From Felis catus (Eukaryota), in the NCBI RefSeq assembly GCF_018350175.1, contig NC_058368.1, forward strand, positions 82,896,001-82,960,000: DNA of 64,000 bases, read 5' to 3'. The translations under genes and the position numbers were made by a program. The notes beneath the pieces were generated by a model. It saw only the letters and a program-made list of their open reading frames with translations, had not been told where the DNA came from and did no database searches. This document shows, in pieces, positions 50,125-64,000 of this stretch (position 1 is the first letter of the stretch; the number at the start of each line of letters is the position of its first letter).

Positions 50125-53100
50125 CTTTTCTTTTTTTAAATTTTTTTTAATTTTTTAATTTTTATTTTTTATATATGAAATTTATTGACAAATACACAAC
50201 AACCATACAACAACATCCATACAACACCCAGTGCTCATCCCAAAAGGTGCCCTCCTCAATACCCATCACCCACCCTCTCCTCCCTCCCACCCCCCATCAA
50301 CCCTCAGTTTGTTCTCAGTTTTTAACAGTCTCATGTTTTGGCTCTCTCCCACTCTAACCTGTTGTTTTTCTTTTCCTTCCCCTCCCCCATGGGTTCCTGT
50401 TAAGTTTCTCAGGATCCATATAAGAGTGAAACCATATGGTATCTGTCTTTCTCTGTATGGCTTATTTCACTTAGCATCACACTCTCCAGTTCCATCCACG
50501 TTGCTACAAAAGGCCATATTTCATTCTTTCTCATCGCCACGTAGTATTCCATTGTGTATATAAACCACAATTTCTTTATCCATTCATCAGTTGATGGACA
50601 TTTAGCCTCTTCCCATAATTTGGTTATTGTTGAGAGTGCTGCTATGAACATTGGGGTACAAGTGGCCCTATGCATCAGTACTCCTGTATCCCTTGGATAA
50701 ATTCTTAGCAGTGCTATTGCTGGGTCATAGGGTAGGTCTATTTTTAATTTTCTGAGGAACCTCCACACTGCTTTCCAGAGCGGCTGCACCAATTTGCATT
50801 CCCACCAACAGTGCAAGAGGGGTCCCGTTTCTCCACATCCTCTCCAGCATCTATAGTCTCCTGATTTGTTCATTTTGGCCACTCTGGCGTGAGGTGATAC
50901 CTGAGTGTGGTTTTGATTTGTATTTCCCTGATAAGGAGCGACGCTGAACATCTTTTCATGTGCCTGTTGGCCATCCGGATGTCTTCTTTAGAGAAGTGTC
51001 TATTCATGTTTTCTGCCCATTTCTTCACTGGGTTATTTGTTTTTCGGGTGTGGAGTTTGGTGAGCTCTTTATAGATTTTGGATACTAGCCTTTTGTCCGA
51101 TATGTCATTTGCAAATATCTTTTCCCATTCCGTTGGTTGCCTTTTAGTTTTGTTGGTTGTTTCCTTTGCTGTGCAGAAGCTTTTTATCTTCATAAGGTCC
51201 CAGTAATTCACTTTTGCTTTTAATTCCCTTGCCTTTGGGGATGTGTCGAGTAAGAGATTGCTACGGCTGAGGTCAGAGAGGTCTTTTCCTGCTTTCTCCT
51301 CTAAGGTTTTGATGGTTTCCTGTCTCACATTTAGGTCCTTTATCCATTTTGAGTTTATTTTTGTGAATTGTGTGAGAAAGTGGTCTAGTTTCAACTTCTA
51401 CAAGTTGAAGTCCAGTTCTCCCAGCACCATTTGTTAAAAAGACTGTCTTTTTTCCATTGGATGTTCTTTCCTGCTTTGTCAAAGATGAGTTGGCCATACG
51501 TTTGTGGGTCTAGTTCTGGGGTTTCTATTCTATTCCATTGGTCTATGTGTCTGTTTTTGTGCCAATACCATGCTGTCTTGATGATGACAGCTTGTAGTAG
51601 AGGCTAAAGTCTGGGATTGTGATGCCTCCTGCTTTGGTCTTCTTCTTCAAAATTACTTTGGCTATTCGGGGCCTTTTGTGGTTCCATATGAGTTTTAGGA
51701 TTGCTTGTTCTAGTTTCGAGAAGAATACTGGTGCAATTTTGATTGGGATTGCATTGAATGTGTAGATAGCTTTGGGTAGTATGGACATTTTGACAATATT
51801 TATTCTTCCAATCCATGAGCAGGGAATGTCTTTCCATTTCTTTAAATCTTCTTCAATGTCCTTCATAAGCTTTCTATATTTTTCAGCATACAGATCCTTT
51901 ACATCTTTGGTTAGATTTATTCCTAGGTATTTTATGCTTCTTGGTGCAATTGTGAATGGGATCAGTTTCTTTATTTGTCTTTCTGTTGCTTCATTGTTAG
52001 TGTATAAGAATGCAACTGATTTCTGTACAATTGATTTTGTATCCTGCAACTTTGCTGAATTCCTGTATCAGTTCTAGCAGAATTTTGGTGGAGTCTATCG
52101 GATTTTCCATGTATAATATCATGTCATCTGCAAAAAGCGAAAGCTTGACTTCATCTTTGCCAATTTTGATGCCTTTGATTTCTTTTTGTTGTCTGATTGC
52201 TGATGCTAGAACTTCCAGCACTATGTTAAACAGCAGCGGTGAGAGTGGGCATCCTTGTCGTGTTCCTGATCTCAGGGAAAAAGCTCTCAGTTTTTCCCCA
52301 TGGAGGATGATGTTAGCTGTGGGCTTTTCATAAATGGCTTTTATGATCTTTAAGTATGTTCCTTCTATCCCGACTTTCTCAAGGGTTTTTAAGAAAGGGT
52401 GCTGGATTTTGTCAAAGGCCTTCTCTGCATCGATTGACAGGATCATATGGTTCTCTTTTTTTTTTGTTAATGTGATGTATCACGTTGATTGATTTGCGAA
52501 TGTTGCACCAGCCCTGCATCCCAGGAATGAATCCCACTTGATCATGGTGAATAATTCTTTTTATATGCCGTTGAAATCGATTTGCTAGTATCTTATTGAG
52601 AATTTTTGCATCCATATTCATCAGGGATATTGGCCTGTAGTTCTCTTTTTTTACTGGGTCTCTGTCTGGTTTAGGAATCAAAGTAATACTGGCTTCATAG
52701 AATGAGTCTGGAAGTTTTCCTTTCCTTTCTATTTCTTGGAATAGCTTGAGAAGCATAGGTGTTATCTCTGCTTTAAACGTCTGGTAGGACTCCCCTGGGA
52801 AGCCATCTGATCCTGGAATCTTATTTGTTGGGAGATATTTGATAACCGATTCAATTTCTTCGCTGGTTATGGGTCTGTTCAAGCTTTCTTTTTCCTCCTG
52901 ATTGAGTTTTGGAAGAGTGTGGGTGTTCCGGAATTTTTCCATTTCTTCCAGGTTGTCCAATTTGTTGGCATATAATTTTTCATACTATTCCCTAATTGTT
53001 TGTATTTCTGAGGGATTGGTTGTAATAATTCCATTTTCATTCATGATTGTATCTATTTGGGTCATCTCCCTTTTCTTTTTGAGAAGCCTGTCTAGAGGTT

Positions 53101-53830
53101 TGTCAATTTTGTTTATTTTTTCAAAAAACCAACTCTTGGTTTCGTTGATCTGCTCTACAGTTTTTTTAAATTCTATATTGTTTATTTCTGCTCTGATCTT
53201 TATTATTTCTCTTCTTCTGCTGGGTTTAGGTTGTCTTTGCTGTTCTGCTTCTAGTTCCTTTAGGTGTGCTGTTAGATTTTGTATTTGGAATTTTTCTTGT
53301 TTCTTGAGATAGGCTTGGATTGCAATGTATTTTCCTCTCAGGACTGCTTTCGCTGCGTCCCAAAGCGTTTGGATTGTTGTATTTTCATTTTCCTTTGTTT
53401 CCATATATTTTAAAATTTATTCTCTAATTGCTTGGTTGACCCACTCATTTGTTAGTAGGGTGTTCTTTAATCTCCATGCTTTTGTAGGTTTTCCAGACTT
53501 TTTCCTGTGGTTGATTTCAAGCTTCATAGCATTGTGGTCTGAAAGTATGCATGGTATATTTTCAATTCTTGTAAACTTATGAAGGGCTGTTTTGTGACCC
53601 AGTATATGATCTATCTTGGAGAATGTTCCATGTGCACTCGAGAAGAAAGTATATTCTGTTGCTTTGGGATGCAGCGTTCTAAATATATCTGTCAAGTCCA
53701 TCTGATCCAATGTCTCATTCAGGGCCCTTGTTTGTTTATTGACCGTGTGTCTAGATGATCTATCCATTTCTGTAAGTGGGGTGTTAAAGTCCCCTGCAAT
53801 TACCACATTCTTATCAGTAAGGTTGCTTTG
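50125..53830 (-). mobile_element. Best-preserved LINE-1 in the window, 5'-truncated in the endonuclease domain; ORF2 frameshifted
   Basis: Consecutive ORF2 pieces from 53806 to 50409, including LFADDMILY and [19 protein letters not shown]; poly(T) tail at ~50125-50170. Confidence 0.95.
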
Positions 53831-54019
53831 TACCCCAAGGTTTATAGCAGCACTATCAACATAGCTAAATTATGTAAAGAGACCAAATGTTTATTTTCAT
53901 CTTATAATATGCTATTTATTTAGGTACAGTTTGACTGAGTCCCACTTGTTTTTATATATTGTTTGAACTCTTTAGTCCTTATATATGTAACTATTACATT
54001 AAAAGTTACTATACTTTTA

Positions 54020-56554
54020 CCCAAAGGATACAAAAATACTGGTTCAAAGGGATACATGCACCCTGGTGTTTATGGCAGCTTTGTCAACAATAGCCAAATT
54101 TAGGAAATATTCCAAATACCCATCAACTGATAAATGGATAAAGAAGTTGTAGTTATTCAGTGATTAAAAAAAATGAAATCTGGCCATTTTCAATGACACA
54201 CGTGAAGCTAGAGACTATTATGCTATGCAAAGTAAATCAGAGAAAGACAAATACCATGATTTCACTCATATGTGGAATTTAAGAAACAAACAGATGAACA
54301 TAAGGGAAAGGAAAAAACAGAAGAAAGAGAGACAAATCATAAAAGAAACTCTTAACTATATATAAGCAAATTATCTTCATCTATTCATCGTTGATGTACA
54401 TAAGCAACTAATACCTAGGCAAGGCAAAAACAACACAGAAAAAAAAGAACAAATGAATGAATGAATTAATTAATTAAAATAAAACAGAAAAAAAGAAAAA
54501 ACCCACAAAACTCTATGCCAATTTCCCTGATTAATATTGAGGTAAAATACCTCAAAAATTATTAACAAACACACATTAAAAAATTCATTAAAAGTATTAT
54601 TCACTAAAATCAAGTGGGACTTATTCCAGGGATGCCAGAATGGCTAAGTAATCACAAATAAATGTGATATACCACATCGATAAAACAAAGGATAAATATC
54701 ATATGATCAACAGATTCAGAAAAAGAATTTAACTAAACTCAACATATGTTCATGATTGAAACTCAACAGAGTTGGCTTAGTGGGAATAAACCTTAACATA
54801 GTAAAGGCCATATATCTGAGACCACAACTAACATTTTACTCAATAGACATAAACTGTGAGTTTTCCCAGTAAGGTTAGGAGTTAAGACAAGGATGTCCAT
54901 TCTTGCCACTTTCAGTCAACAGTACTGGAAGCCCACCACAGAAATCAGATATGAAAAATAATTTAGACCATACACATTGGTAAAGAAAATGTTAAACTTT
55001 TACTATTTGCAGATAACATAAAAACTTCAACAAATAACTGCTAGAAGTAATGAAATAGTTTAGTAAAGTTGCAATACCACACACAGTACACACTAATAAT
55101 AAAGTAGTAGAAAAAGAAATTAGAAAACAATTTAATTTAAATCCGCACCATCCCAAATAAGACTAAGAGGAATAAACTTACCAAAAGAGATAAAATATCT
55201 GTACTTGGAAAAGTATAAAACATTGATGAAAGAAACTGAAGATGACACAGACAAATGGAAAGATATTTAATGCTCAAGTTGTGACAGAATTAAAGTCTGT
55301 ATAACATGAAACAATCTACAGCAACAATGCAATACCTCTGAAAATACCAACAGCATTTTTCACAAAAATCAAAAAAATAACACTAAAATTTTCATGGAAC
55401 CACAAAAACTCTGAATAACCAAAGGAATCTTGAGAAAGAAAAACAAAACTCAAGGTAACACAATTCCACATCTTAATATATGCTACAAAGCTATAGTGGA
55501 TAAAACAGTGTGGCGGTGGCACAAAAATAGACACAATGAGTGAAGGGGAGTAGGAGATACAGGCTTCCAGTTATGTAATAAATAAGTAATTTAAATAAAA
55601 GGCACACTAAAATAATATAGCCAATGACATTGTAATAATGTTGTACAATGAAAGAATTTACATACTCTTCTGGTGAACAGAGCGTAACATTTAAACATTG
55701 AATCAGCATGTTATATACTTAAAATGAATGTAACACTGAATAGAAACTACTCTCAAGTAAAAAAAAAAGACAGAGATCATCAAAAGTTTAAAAATAATAA
55801 GTAAAACTCTACATTGTATATAATAAACTGACTTTATAAAGTTGCAGCTAATTTCAATTCAAAGGGATAATGGTATTTCAAGCTAGTGGTGATGAAAAGA
55901 GAGTTATACTAATTTTTGGAAAATACTTCAAACCAAAGAATATTACAAAGGGTCAAGGAAGGCATTACAAATGTAAAAACAGATCAATTTTCCAAGAAAT
56001 AACAGTCTTAAACACTTATCCACCTAACTGCAGAATTGCATATCCCAACCTGGTAAAACTGAAAGAAAAAGAAAAAAAATGGAGACAATTTCTGGTAAGA
56101 CTGCAAGGAAAACTAAACAAATGCACTACTATGGTTGAAGTATTCAACACTACTCTTTCAATAAACAGATAAAGCAGGTAGAAAATCAATTAGAATGTAG
56201 GTGACTTAAATGCCACCAATAAAATTGATCTCATTGTTATTTATAGGATATTGAATAGATTAAGTACCTATTCCTCTCAAACTCCTCCTATTTTTGAAAA
56301 GGAAGAAACGCTCCCAGAAACATTTTAATTAACCCACTATTACCCAAACCATACCAGAAGGCCACAGAAAAAGAGAATTACAAGCCAATATAACTAATCA
56401 AAATGGATACAAAAAATGTTCAACAAAGTATTAACAAACTCAATTCAGCAAAACATTAAAGGGTCCACACCATGACCAAATGGGATTAATTCTGGAAATA
56501 TAAGGATGTTTCAGCATTTTCAGATCAATCAACAGGATACACCACATTAACAAA
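54020..56554 (+). mobile_element. Series of old LINE-1 fragments
   Basis: 3' end 54020-54365; ORF2 54410-55535; L1M-type 3'UTR 55535-55770; ORF2 pieces 55770-56554. Confidence 0.75.
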
Positions 56555-58073
56555 ATGATGGCTAGACAGTACATGACAGCAGTGAGTTGCCAGAGGAGAA
56601 GGGAGACATTAAGCTTGTCTTGTCCCTTGAACACAGCTATATAGTTGTCAAAGCTTGTTGAACACACAAACAAAACAAAAACAAAAACAAAAACAAAAAA
56701 CAGCTGGAGGTCTGAATGAACAAACATTGCAAGACTTTATGTAGACAAAAGACCACCATTTGAAAGGTAGGAGATACAGAGTTTACCTGGAGACCGATTG
56801 TTCTGGGTCTGGCCATGGGGAGCAAGCCATCTTAAGAAGCCTACCACAAATTAGTATAAGCAGCAGAGGTAAAATCTGAAGTTTTAGCAGTCCGCTACCC
56901 TGGGGGAAGCACCTAACTTAAAGGTGTTCAAGTAGCAAAGCAGGGTAAAATCCCAGGAGTGACAGGGTAATCTGAGGATTCCTTGGGTCACAAGAAAGAC
57001 GGGTCCTACCAAGTGCTGTCCTTTTTCCAGGAATAAGACAGAAACTCACTCCAGCTGAGGGTGCAAGCAAGGGTGCTCACTTTCCTTTTGACATAAACTC
57101 TGAACAGAAGTGCAGTCACACCACTGTTTTTTCATACAGTCCTGCAAAAGTATAGTAAGACCCTACCCCAGAGGAAGAGTGTGGGTCCACATGGTGGGTA
57201 TTCCTAAAATTTGGAGTTTTGAGACTCAGTCATATGCCTAAAATAAACACACACACACACAAACAAAACAAATGTGGACACAGTCTGGGTGAATGTGTGG
57301 TTCTGACGGAAACTGAGGACACAAGAAAGGTAATTGTTTTTCTGTAAGGTTTCATGGCACAGATATTCAGCTCCTGAGCTATAGAGCTGGACCAGACCAC
57401 ATTCATTCTGCTTTTCAGAGCTGAAAGGGCTTCAGGGAGCAAAACAGCACCACTTATTGGAAACGGGAACATTTATGCCATACCCCATTCCCCTGCACCC
57501 AGGAGGTGCATTTCCACTGAAATAGGTCAACCTAAGAATGAACACAGCAGGCCCCTCTCCCTAGAAGACCAGCACAAACAAATCCTTTGCACCAAGTCCA
57601 AGATCATATTTCTGCTCTAGGGGAAATAGGATCTAACTTCCATTTTACTTATATATAAATTAAAAAATAGTAATAATAAAAGGGATGAAAGGAATTAAAA
57701 ATAATTCATGAAAAAATATTAAAAAGTGTATTTTTAATTTATTTTTTGTTTTATTTTATTTCATTATATTTTACTTTATTTTTAGATCCAGATTCCATTA
57801 TTTAGACCCAAACACCCAGGATCTAGTTTTTTTTTGTTTCTTTATGTTTTTTGCTTGCTTGTTTTTAGTTTTTTTTTTTTCCCTTGGTCTGTGGGTTCTT
57901 TAGTTTTTTTTTATTTCTTTGCTAATTCTTTTCTGGACAAAATAACATATGGAGAAATTCACCCCAAAAGAAAGAAGAGGCAATAGAACTCATGGACAGG
58001 GATTTAATCAAGACTGACATAAGTAAGATGTCTAAACCAGAATTTAAAACCATGATTATAAGAATACTGCCTG

Positions 58074-58268
58074 GGGGCACCTGCATGGCTGAGTCGGTTG
58101 AGCATCTGACTTCAGCTTAGGTCATGATTTCATGGTTTGTGAGTTCGAGCCTGCATCAGTCTAACTGCTGTCATCACAGAGCCTGCCTAGGAGTTTCTGT
58201 CTGTCCTCTCTGTGCTCCTCACCCACTTGCACACTCTCTCTCAAAAATAAATACAAAATTAAAAAAGA
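58074..58268 (+). mobile_element. Can-SINE within L1 ORF1
   Basis: ggggcacctgcatggctgagtcgg head, (CT)n and A tail. Confidence 0.88.
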
Positions 58269-60888
58269 TATATAATACTGGCTCGAGTTAAAAACAAACA
58301 AACAAACAAACACACAGAAGACATCAGAGAATCTCTTTCTACAGAGATAAAAGACCTAAAATTTAGTCAGGCTGAAATAAAAAATTCTATAATCAAGATA
58401 TAACCCCAAATGGGTGTCATGACAGCTGGAATGGATGAATCAAAGCAGTGAATTGGTGATATAGAAGATTATAGAAAATTATAAAAAATTATGAAATTAA
58501 TGAAGCTGAAAAGAAGAGGTATACAAAAGCCAAAGATCACAATACAAGACTCAGAGAACTCAGCAATGTATTAAAGAATAACATTTGTATCATAGGAGTC
58601 CCAGAAAATAGAGAGGAAGGGACAGATGGTTTATGTGAGTAAATTACACCTGGGGAAGGACACAAACATCAAATCAATGAAGCACAGAGAACTCTCATTA
58701 AATTCAGCAGAAGTTGAACATCACCAAGACATATAATCAAATTCACAAAATACTAAGACAAGGAAATAATCTTGAAAACAAAGAAAAAAAAGTCTTTAAA
58801 CAGCAAGGGAAGATACATCAGGCTCACAATGGATCTGTCCACAGAAACCTGGCAGGCCAGAAAGGAGTGGCAGATGTTTTCAACATGCTGAATGGGAAAA
58901 ATATGCTGACAAGAACTCTTTATCCAACAAAACTTTCATTCAGAATAGGAGAGATAAAGAGATTTCCAAACACAAAGACTAAAAAAGTTTGTAACCACTA
59001 AATTAACCCTGCAAGATATTTTAAGAGGGACTCTTTGAGTAGAGGAAAAAAAAAAAAGAAAAAAAAAAGACAGAGCAAAAGACCAAAAGCAACAAAGACT
59101 AAAAAGGACAAGAGAATATTACAAGAAACACCAACACTACAGGCAACACAATGACACTAAATTCATATCTTTCGATAATCATTTTGAATGTAAATGGACT
59201 AAATTCTCCAATCATAAGACATAGGGTATCAGAAGGGGGAAAAAAAAAGATCCATCTGTATGTTGCCCACAAGACACTCATTTTAAACCTAAAGATACAT
59301 GCACACTGAAAATGAAGGGGTGGAAAACCATCTATAATGCTAATTCACATCAAAAGAAAGCCAGAGTAGCCACATTATTTCATACCAAGACTTTAAAACA
59401 AAGACTGTGACGAGATAAAGAAGGTCATTATTTCATAATTAAGGGGCCTATCCATCAAGAGCTAAAAATTGTAAATGTTTAGGCCCCATCTTGAAGACCC
59501 CAAATGTATAAATCAATTAATAACAAGCATAAATAAACTTGTAAATAACAAACATTAATAATAACAGGCGACTTTAACACCTTACACTAATGGAAAGATT
59601 ATCAAAGCAGAAAATCAACAGGAAGACAATGGCTTTGAATGACACACTGGAACGGATGGACTTAAAAGAAACATTCAGAACATTTCATCCTAAAGCAGCA
59701 GAATATACATTCTTCTCAAGTGCACATGGAATACTGAAGAATTCTACATTTAAAAAGAGTTAATACCTATTCTTCTCAAACTGTTCCAAAAAAATAGAAA
59801 TGTATGGAAAACTTCCAAACTCATTCTATTAAGCCATTACCTTGATTCCAAAACCAGACAAAAGCCACAGTAAAAAGGAGAATTACAGGCCAATATCCCT
59901 GATGAACTTGGATGTAAAACGTCTTAACACAATACTAGCAACAGTATATTAAAAGATATATTTACCATGATGTAGTTGGATTTATTCCTGGGCTGCAAGG
60001 CTGTTTCTGTATTTGAAAATCAATCAATGAGATACACTTAATAAAGAAAGGATAAGAACCATATGATCCTGTCAATAAAGGCAGAAAAAGCATTTGACAA
60101 AATATAGCATCCACCCTTGATAAAAACCCCAACAAAGTGAGGATAGATGGACCATTCCTCAACCATAGAGGCAATATAAGAAAGACCACAGCTAATACCA
60201 TTGTCAATGGAGAAAAACAGAGCATTATCTATATGGTAAGGAACAGAAGGATGTCCACTTTCAGCATTTCTATTTAACATAGTACTGCAAGTTACAGCCT
60301 CAGGAAGAAGACAAAAAAAAAGTTTCCTCAAGAAAGTAAAAATAGAACTACCCTACAAAAAAACAGTTACAGCGTTAAGTGTTTACCCAAATGATACAAA
60401 ATACAGATTTGAGGGGGCTACATACACCCTAATGTTTTTAGAAGCAATATCAACAATAGCCAAACCATGAGGAGATCCCAAATGTCCAGTGACTGATGAA
60501 TGGATAAAGAAAATATGGTGTATATATATGTAGTATACATAGATGCATATACATCTATGTACATATACATATACATACATACATACATATATAATGGAAT
60601 AATAGTCATCAAAAAGAATGAAATCTTTTCATTGACAAAGACATAGATGGAACTAGAATATTTTATGTTAAGTGAAATAAGTCAATCAGTGAAAGACAAA
60701 TACCATATGATTTCACTCATATGTGGAAGTTAAGAAATAAACCTGATGAACATATGGGAAGGGAGGAAGAAAAAGAAGATAGGGAAAGAGACCACAGGAG
60801 ACTTTTAACTATAGAGAACAAACTGTTGATGGAAGGAAGTAGGTTGGAGATGGGTTAGATGGGTGATTGGTGTTAAAAAGGGCACCTG

Positions 60889-61111
60889 TTTTTTTTTTTA
60901 ATTTTTTTTTCAACGTTTATTTATTTTTGGGACAGAGAGAGACAGAGCATGAATGGGGGAGGGGCAGAGAGAGGGAGACACAGAATCGGAAACAGGCTCC
61001 AGGCTCCGAGCCATCAGCCCAGAGCCTGACGCGGGGCTCGAACTCACGGACCGCGAGATCATGACCTGGCTGAAGTCGGACGCTTAACCGACTGTGCCAC
61101 CCAGGCGCCCC
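60889..61111 (-). mobile_element. Young feline Can-SINE
   Basis: Perfect 16-bp TSD aaagggcacctgtttt; many CpGs retained. Confidence 0.96.
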
Positions 61112-61234
61112 AAAGGGCACCTGTTTTGATGAACGCTGGGATGTTTTATGTAATGATGAATCACTGAATTCTTCTCCTGAAACCAATATTGCATTTGATG
61201 TTAACTAAGATTCAAATTTAAAAATAAAGAAAGT

Positions 61235-62310
61235 ACATGATTATCTCAATAGATGCCAAAAATCAGTTGAAAAAAAATCAGCATACATTTGTAATAAAAA
61301 AAAAAGTATTAACAATGGGTGTAGATATAGCACACCTCATTACAAAGGTCATCTATTTCAAGTCCTTATCTAACATCATACTCAACTACAAAAAGGTGCA
61401 ATGTTTTCCATTAAGGTTAGGAACAAAATAAGAATGGTAACACTTGCCATTTTTATTCAATATAATATTGAAAGTCATAGCTAGAGTAACTGGGTTAGGT
61501 CAATAAATAAAAGGCATACAAATTGCAAAGAAGTAAATGAAACTGTCACTATTTGCAGATGACATAATTTTATATATAGAAAACTCTAAAGGCTCCATAA
61601 AAAAAACTTTTAGAAGTAATAAATTTTGGTAAAGTAACAGGATGCAAAATCAATATGCAAAAATCTGTTGAAATTTTATTCATTAACAATGAACTGTAAG
61701 AAAAGTAAATATAAAATCACATTTAAAATTTTATCAAAAAGAAAAAAAAACTTTAGGAATAAATTCAACCAAGGAAATGAAAGACCTGTACAGTGGAATC
61801 TATAACACATTGGTATTATAAATTAAAGAAATTACTAGTAAATAGATATTCCATGCTCATGGATTAGAGGAATTGAAATTATTAAAATATCCATATTGCC
61901 CAAAGCAATCTATACAGTCAAATCAATCTCTATCAAAATTCCAATGTCATTCTTCACATAATTAGAACAAATAATTCTAAAATTTTATGGAAAAACAGAT
62001 GATCCTTAATAGCCAAAATAATCTTGAGAAAAAAGGATTAAAGGCACCACACCCCTGATTTCAAATGATGTAATTGAAACAGGTATGGTATTGGCATAAA
62101 TAGGTATGGAAAAGAGTAGAAAAGAATGGAGTTCAGAAATAAACACACACATATATTATTGTGACATAGGAACCAACAATATACAATGGAGAACATTTCT
62201 CAACAAGAAATGATGCTTGGAAAATGGATAGACCTATGCAAAAGAATAAAATTGGACCAATATCTTAAACCATACACAAAATTTAATTGAAAATGGATTA
62301 AGTATTGAAC
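61235..62310 (+). mobile_element. Old LINE-1 ORF2 fragment
   Basis: MIISIDAK and ctatttgcagatgacataatt (LFADDII). Confidence 0.82.
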
Positions 62311-62318
62311 GGCTTATT

Positions 62319-64000
62319 GGGCCAACATGCGGAGAAGTAGGGGGATCTGTGCTTCCCACGTCTCTCAAACAAAGAAGTTTTGAAGCCAAATGACTTTGAA
62401 CTCCAAGAGTCTGGGGGGGAAAAGAGAATGAATCTACTTGGAAGAAAATGAAACAACTTGAGAAACCATAGGTGGGTGATAGCAAACTGGAGGAGATAAA
62501 ACCAGCCACATAGGCATGGAGGGGAGGGATCCCCTTCTGCAGAGAGACAAAGGGAAGAAAAAGACTGGCTGGGGAAGTGTAGGACTGTATCTTGAGAAGA
62601 GAAAAGCCTTGATCTGGGAGTGAGAAGGAACCTATCTCTAACTGCAGGGCTTTCTTCAGACAGGGGCAGGCTCCCTGTTTGCACACCTGGGGAGGAGGGG
62701 AGTCAACTCTGGGTTCATTGGTAGAATAGGGTCACAGTCCACAGAAGGAGAAAGCAGTCCCCTCCCTGGAGGGCAGTGCAATAGAACAAAGCCTGCCTGC
62801 ATCTGCCACCCCTGGGCTCAGTGGCTGGGTTGAGGGCACAGTCCACCGTAGTAGAAAGTGGCCCTTCCCTGGAGTGCTGTAGGGCAGAACAAAGCCTGCC
62901 TGTGTCTGCCACCCTCAGGCTCCATGGCTAGGTAAAGGGCGCAGTCCACAGGAGGAGAAAGTGGCCCTTCCTTGGAGCCTTGTGGGAAAAGACAAAGCCT
63001 GCCTGAATCCACCACCCCCTGGCTCAGTGGTGAGGTCATTGGTGCGGTTCTCAGCAGGAAAAGGTGGTCCTCCCTGAATTGTGGTGGCACAAAGCCAGCT
63101 GAGTCCACTTATCGAGCTTCACAGAGAGGTGCTTCTCCAGTACCAGAGTGCACAGAGCAGGACTTTAAATTCCAGACAACCCTGGGCCAGGGAAGTCACT
63201 GGAGGGAGAAGGACTGCCCCACCTGGACCCGCGACACAGTGAGGACAACTCAAAAGGACTCCACCTGGTTGTGAAGAGACTGGGGGATGGCCATTTCCCA
63301 TCCCCCACCACGACCATCAAGGAGGTGCCTCAGGGATCAGTCCTGGGGCCCATAGTGGAGGTGGGACCAACCTATGCCAAACCACACCACTCAGTGCTGG
63401 GTAACTTCATATCTGCAGGAACCAGATAGATTCTGTGCAACCAGATGGCTGCATCATCCAGCCCAGTGATGCTGCATAGCATGGATTAATTCCAGGACAA
63501 TTCTTGTTATTTAAATATATTCTCCCTTCCTATCCCTTCCCTCCTCTAGGCTAGTTACTCTGGTTGTTGGTTTGTTTAAGCAGACATGTTTAATCAATTC
63601 CCTAGATACATGTTCTACATCTCCTTCCGTGCTTTCCTTACTCTCTGGAATAATCAAGCCACATAATTTCTCTGGGTAACTTTATCTTAATTTTTCCCCT
63701 GGCCGCCTTCTTTATTTTCCTCTCTCTGTCTCTCTAGATGGAACCATTTAGTTTCTATGCCCCATCAATGTTTATTTTCTCTTTGTCCCTGCCCCTGTCA
63801 TTTCTTTGTATGTATGTGCTCTTCCATCAGCACTGCCTCCTCCCTTTTCTTTACTTGTAGTTGGTGTTTCTGTTTTTTTTTTTTTTTGTATTTTGGACTG
63901 TTTTGTGTCTGTGTGTGTGTGTGTGTGCGTGTGTTTTGTCCATTTGTTTTATGTGTATATATGTTTTTGTGTCATTGTTTCCTGTTTGTGTGTTTATTTT
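62319..64000 (+). mobile_element. LINE-1 5'UTR type B, running off the window end
   Basis: gggccaacatgcggagaagtagggggatc is homologous to 10157; ~103-bp monomers at 62786/62889/62992/63089. Confidence 0.9.

Larger units (their letters stand above)
56555..61230 (+). mobile_element. Older carnivore LINE-1, 5'UTR to 3' end, with two large ORF2 deletions
   Basis: 5'UTR, ORF1 ~57940-59040, ORF2 start atgacacta at ~59151, jumps at ~59735 and ~60310, 3'UTR to ~61230. Confidence 0.8.

Noticed and set aside
50409..53806. Potentially active L1 ORF2
   Set aside because: Split by several frameshifts and lacks 5'UTR and ORF1.
1355..61111. tRNA genes
   Set aside because: The tRNA-like A/B-box sequences are all Can-SINE heads followed by (CT)n and A tails.

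Overview
Mammalian DNA, almost certainly felid, judged from the Can-SINEs with feline-type bodies and the carnivore L1s. I find no intact protein-coding or RNA gene. Most of the window is LINE-1 debris of several ages, with about 15 tRNA-derived Can-SINEs, one gutted class I (ERV1-type) provirus end, two other LTRs and one processed pseudogene of SLC25A5 (ANT2). The most informative part is 6.4-23 kb, a mosaic of tandem repeats. It holds a ~113-bp satellite in two oppositely oriented blocks, matching the length of the reported candidate felid centromeric monomer. It also holds a diverged ~1-kb repeat, a ~530-bp repeat joining an L1 ORF2-end fragment to TTAGGG-like motifs, and a diverged ~0.9-kb repeat. 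With many retained L1 5' ends and internal deletions, this suggests pericentromeric, low-recombination heterochromatin. Coordinates were read by eye (usually within ~10-30 bp) and family names are provisional without RepeatMasker/Dfam.
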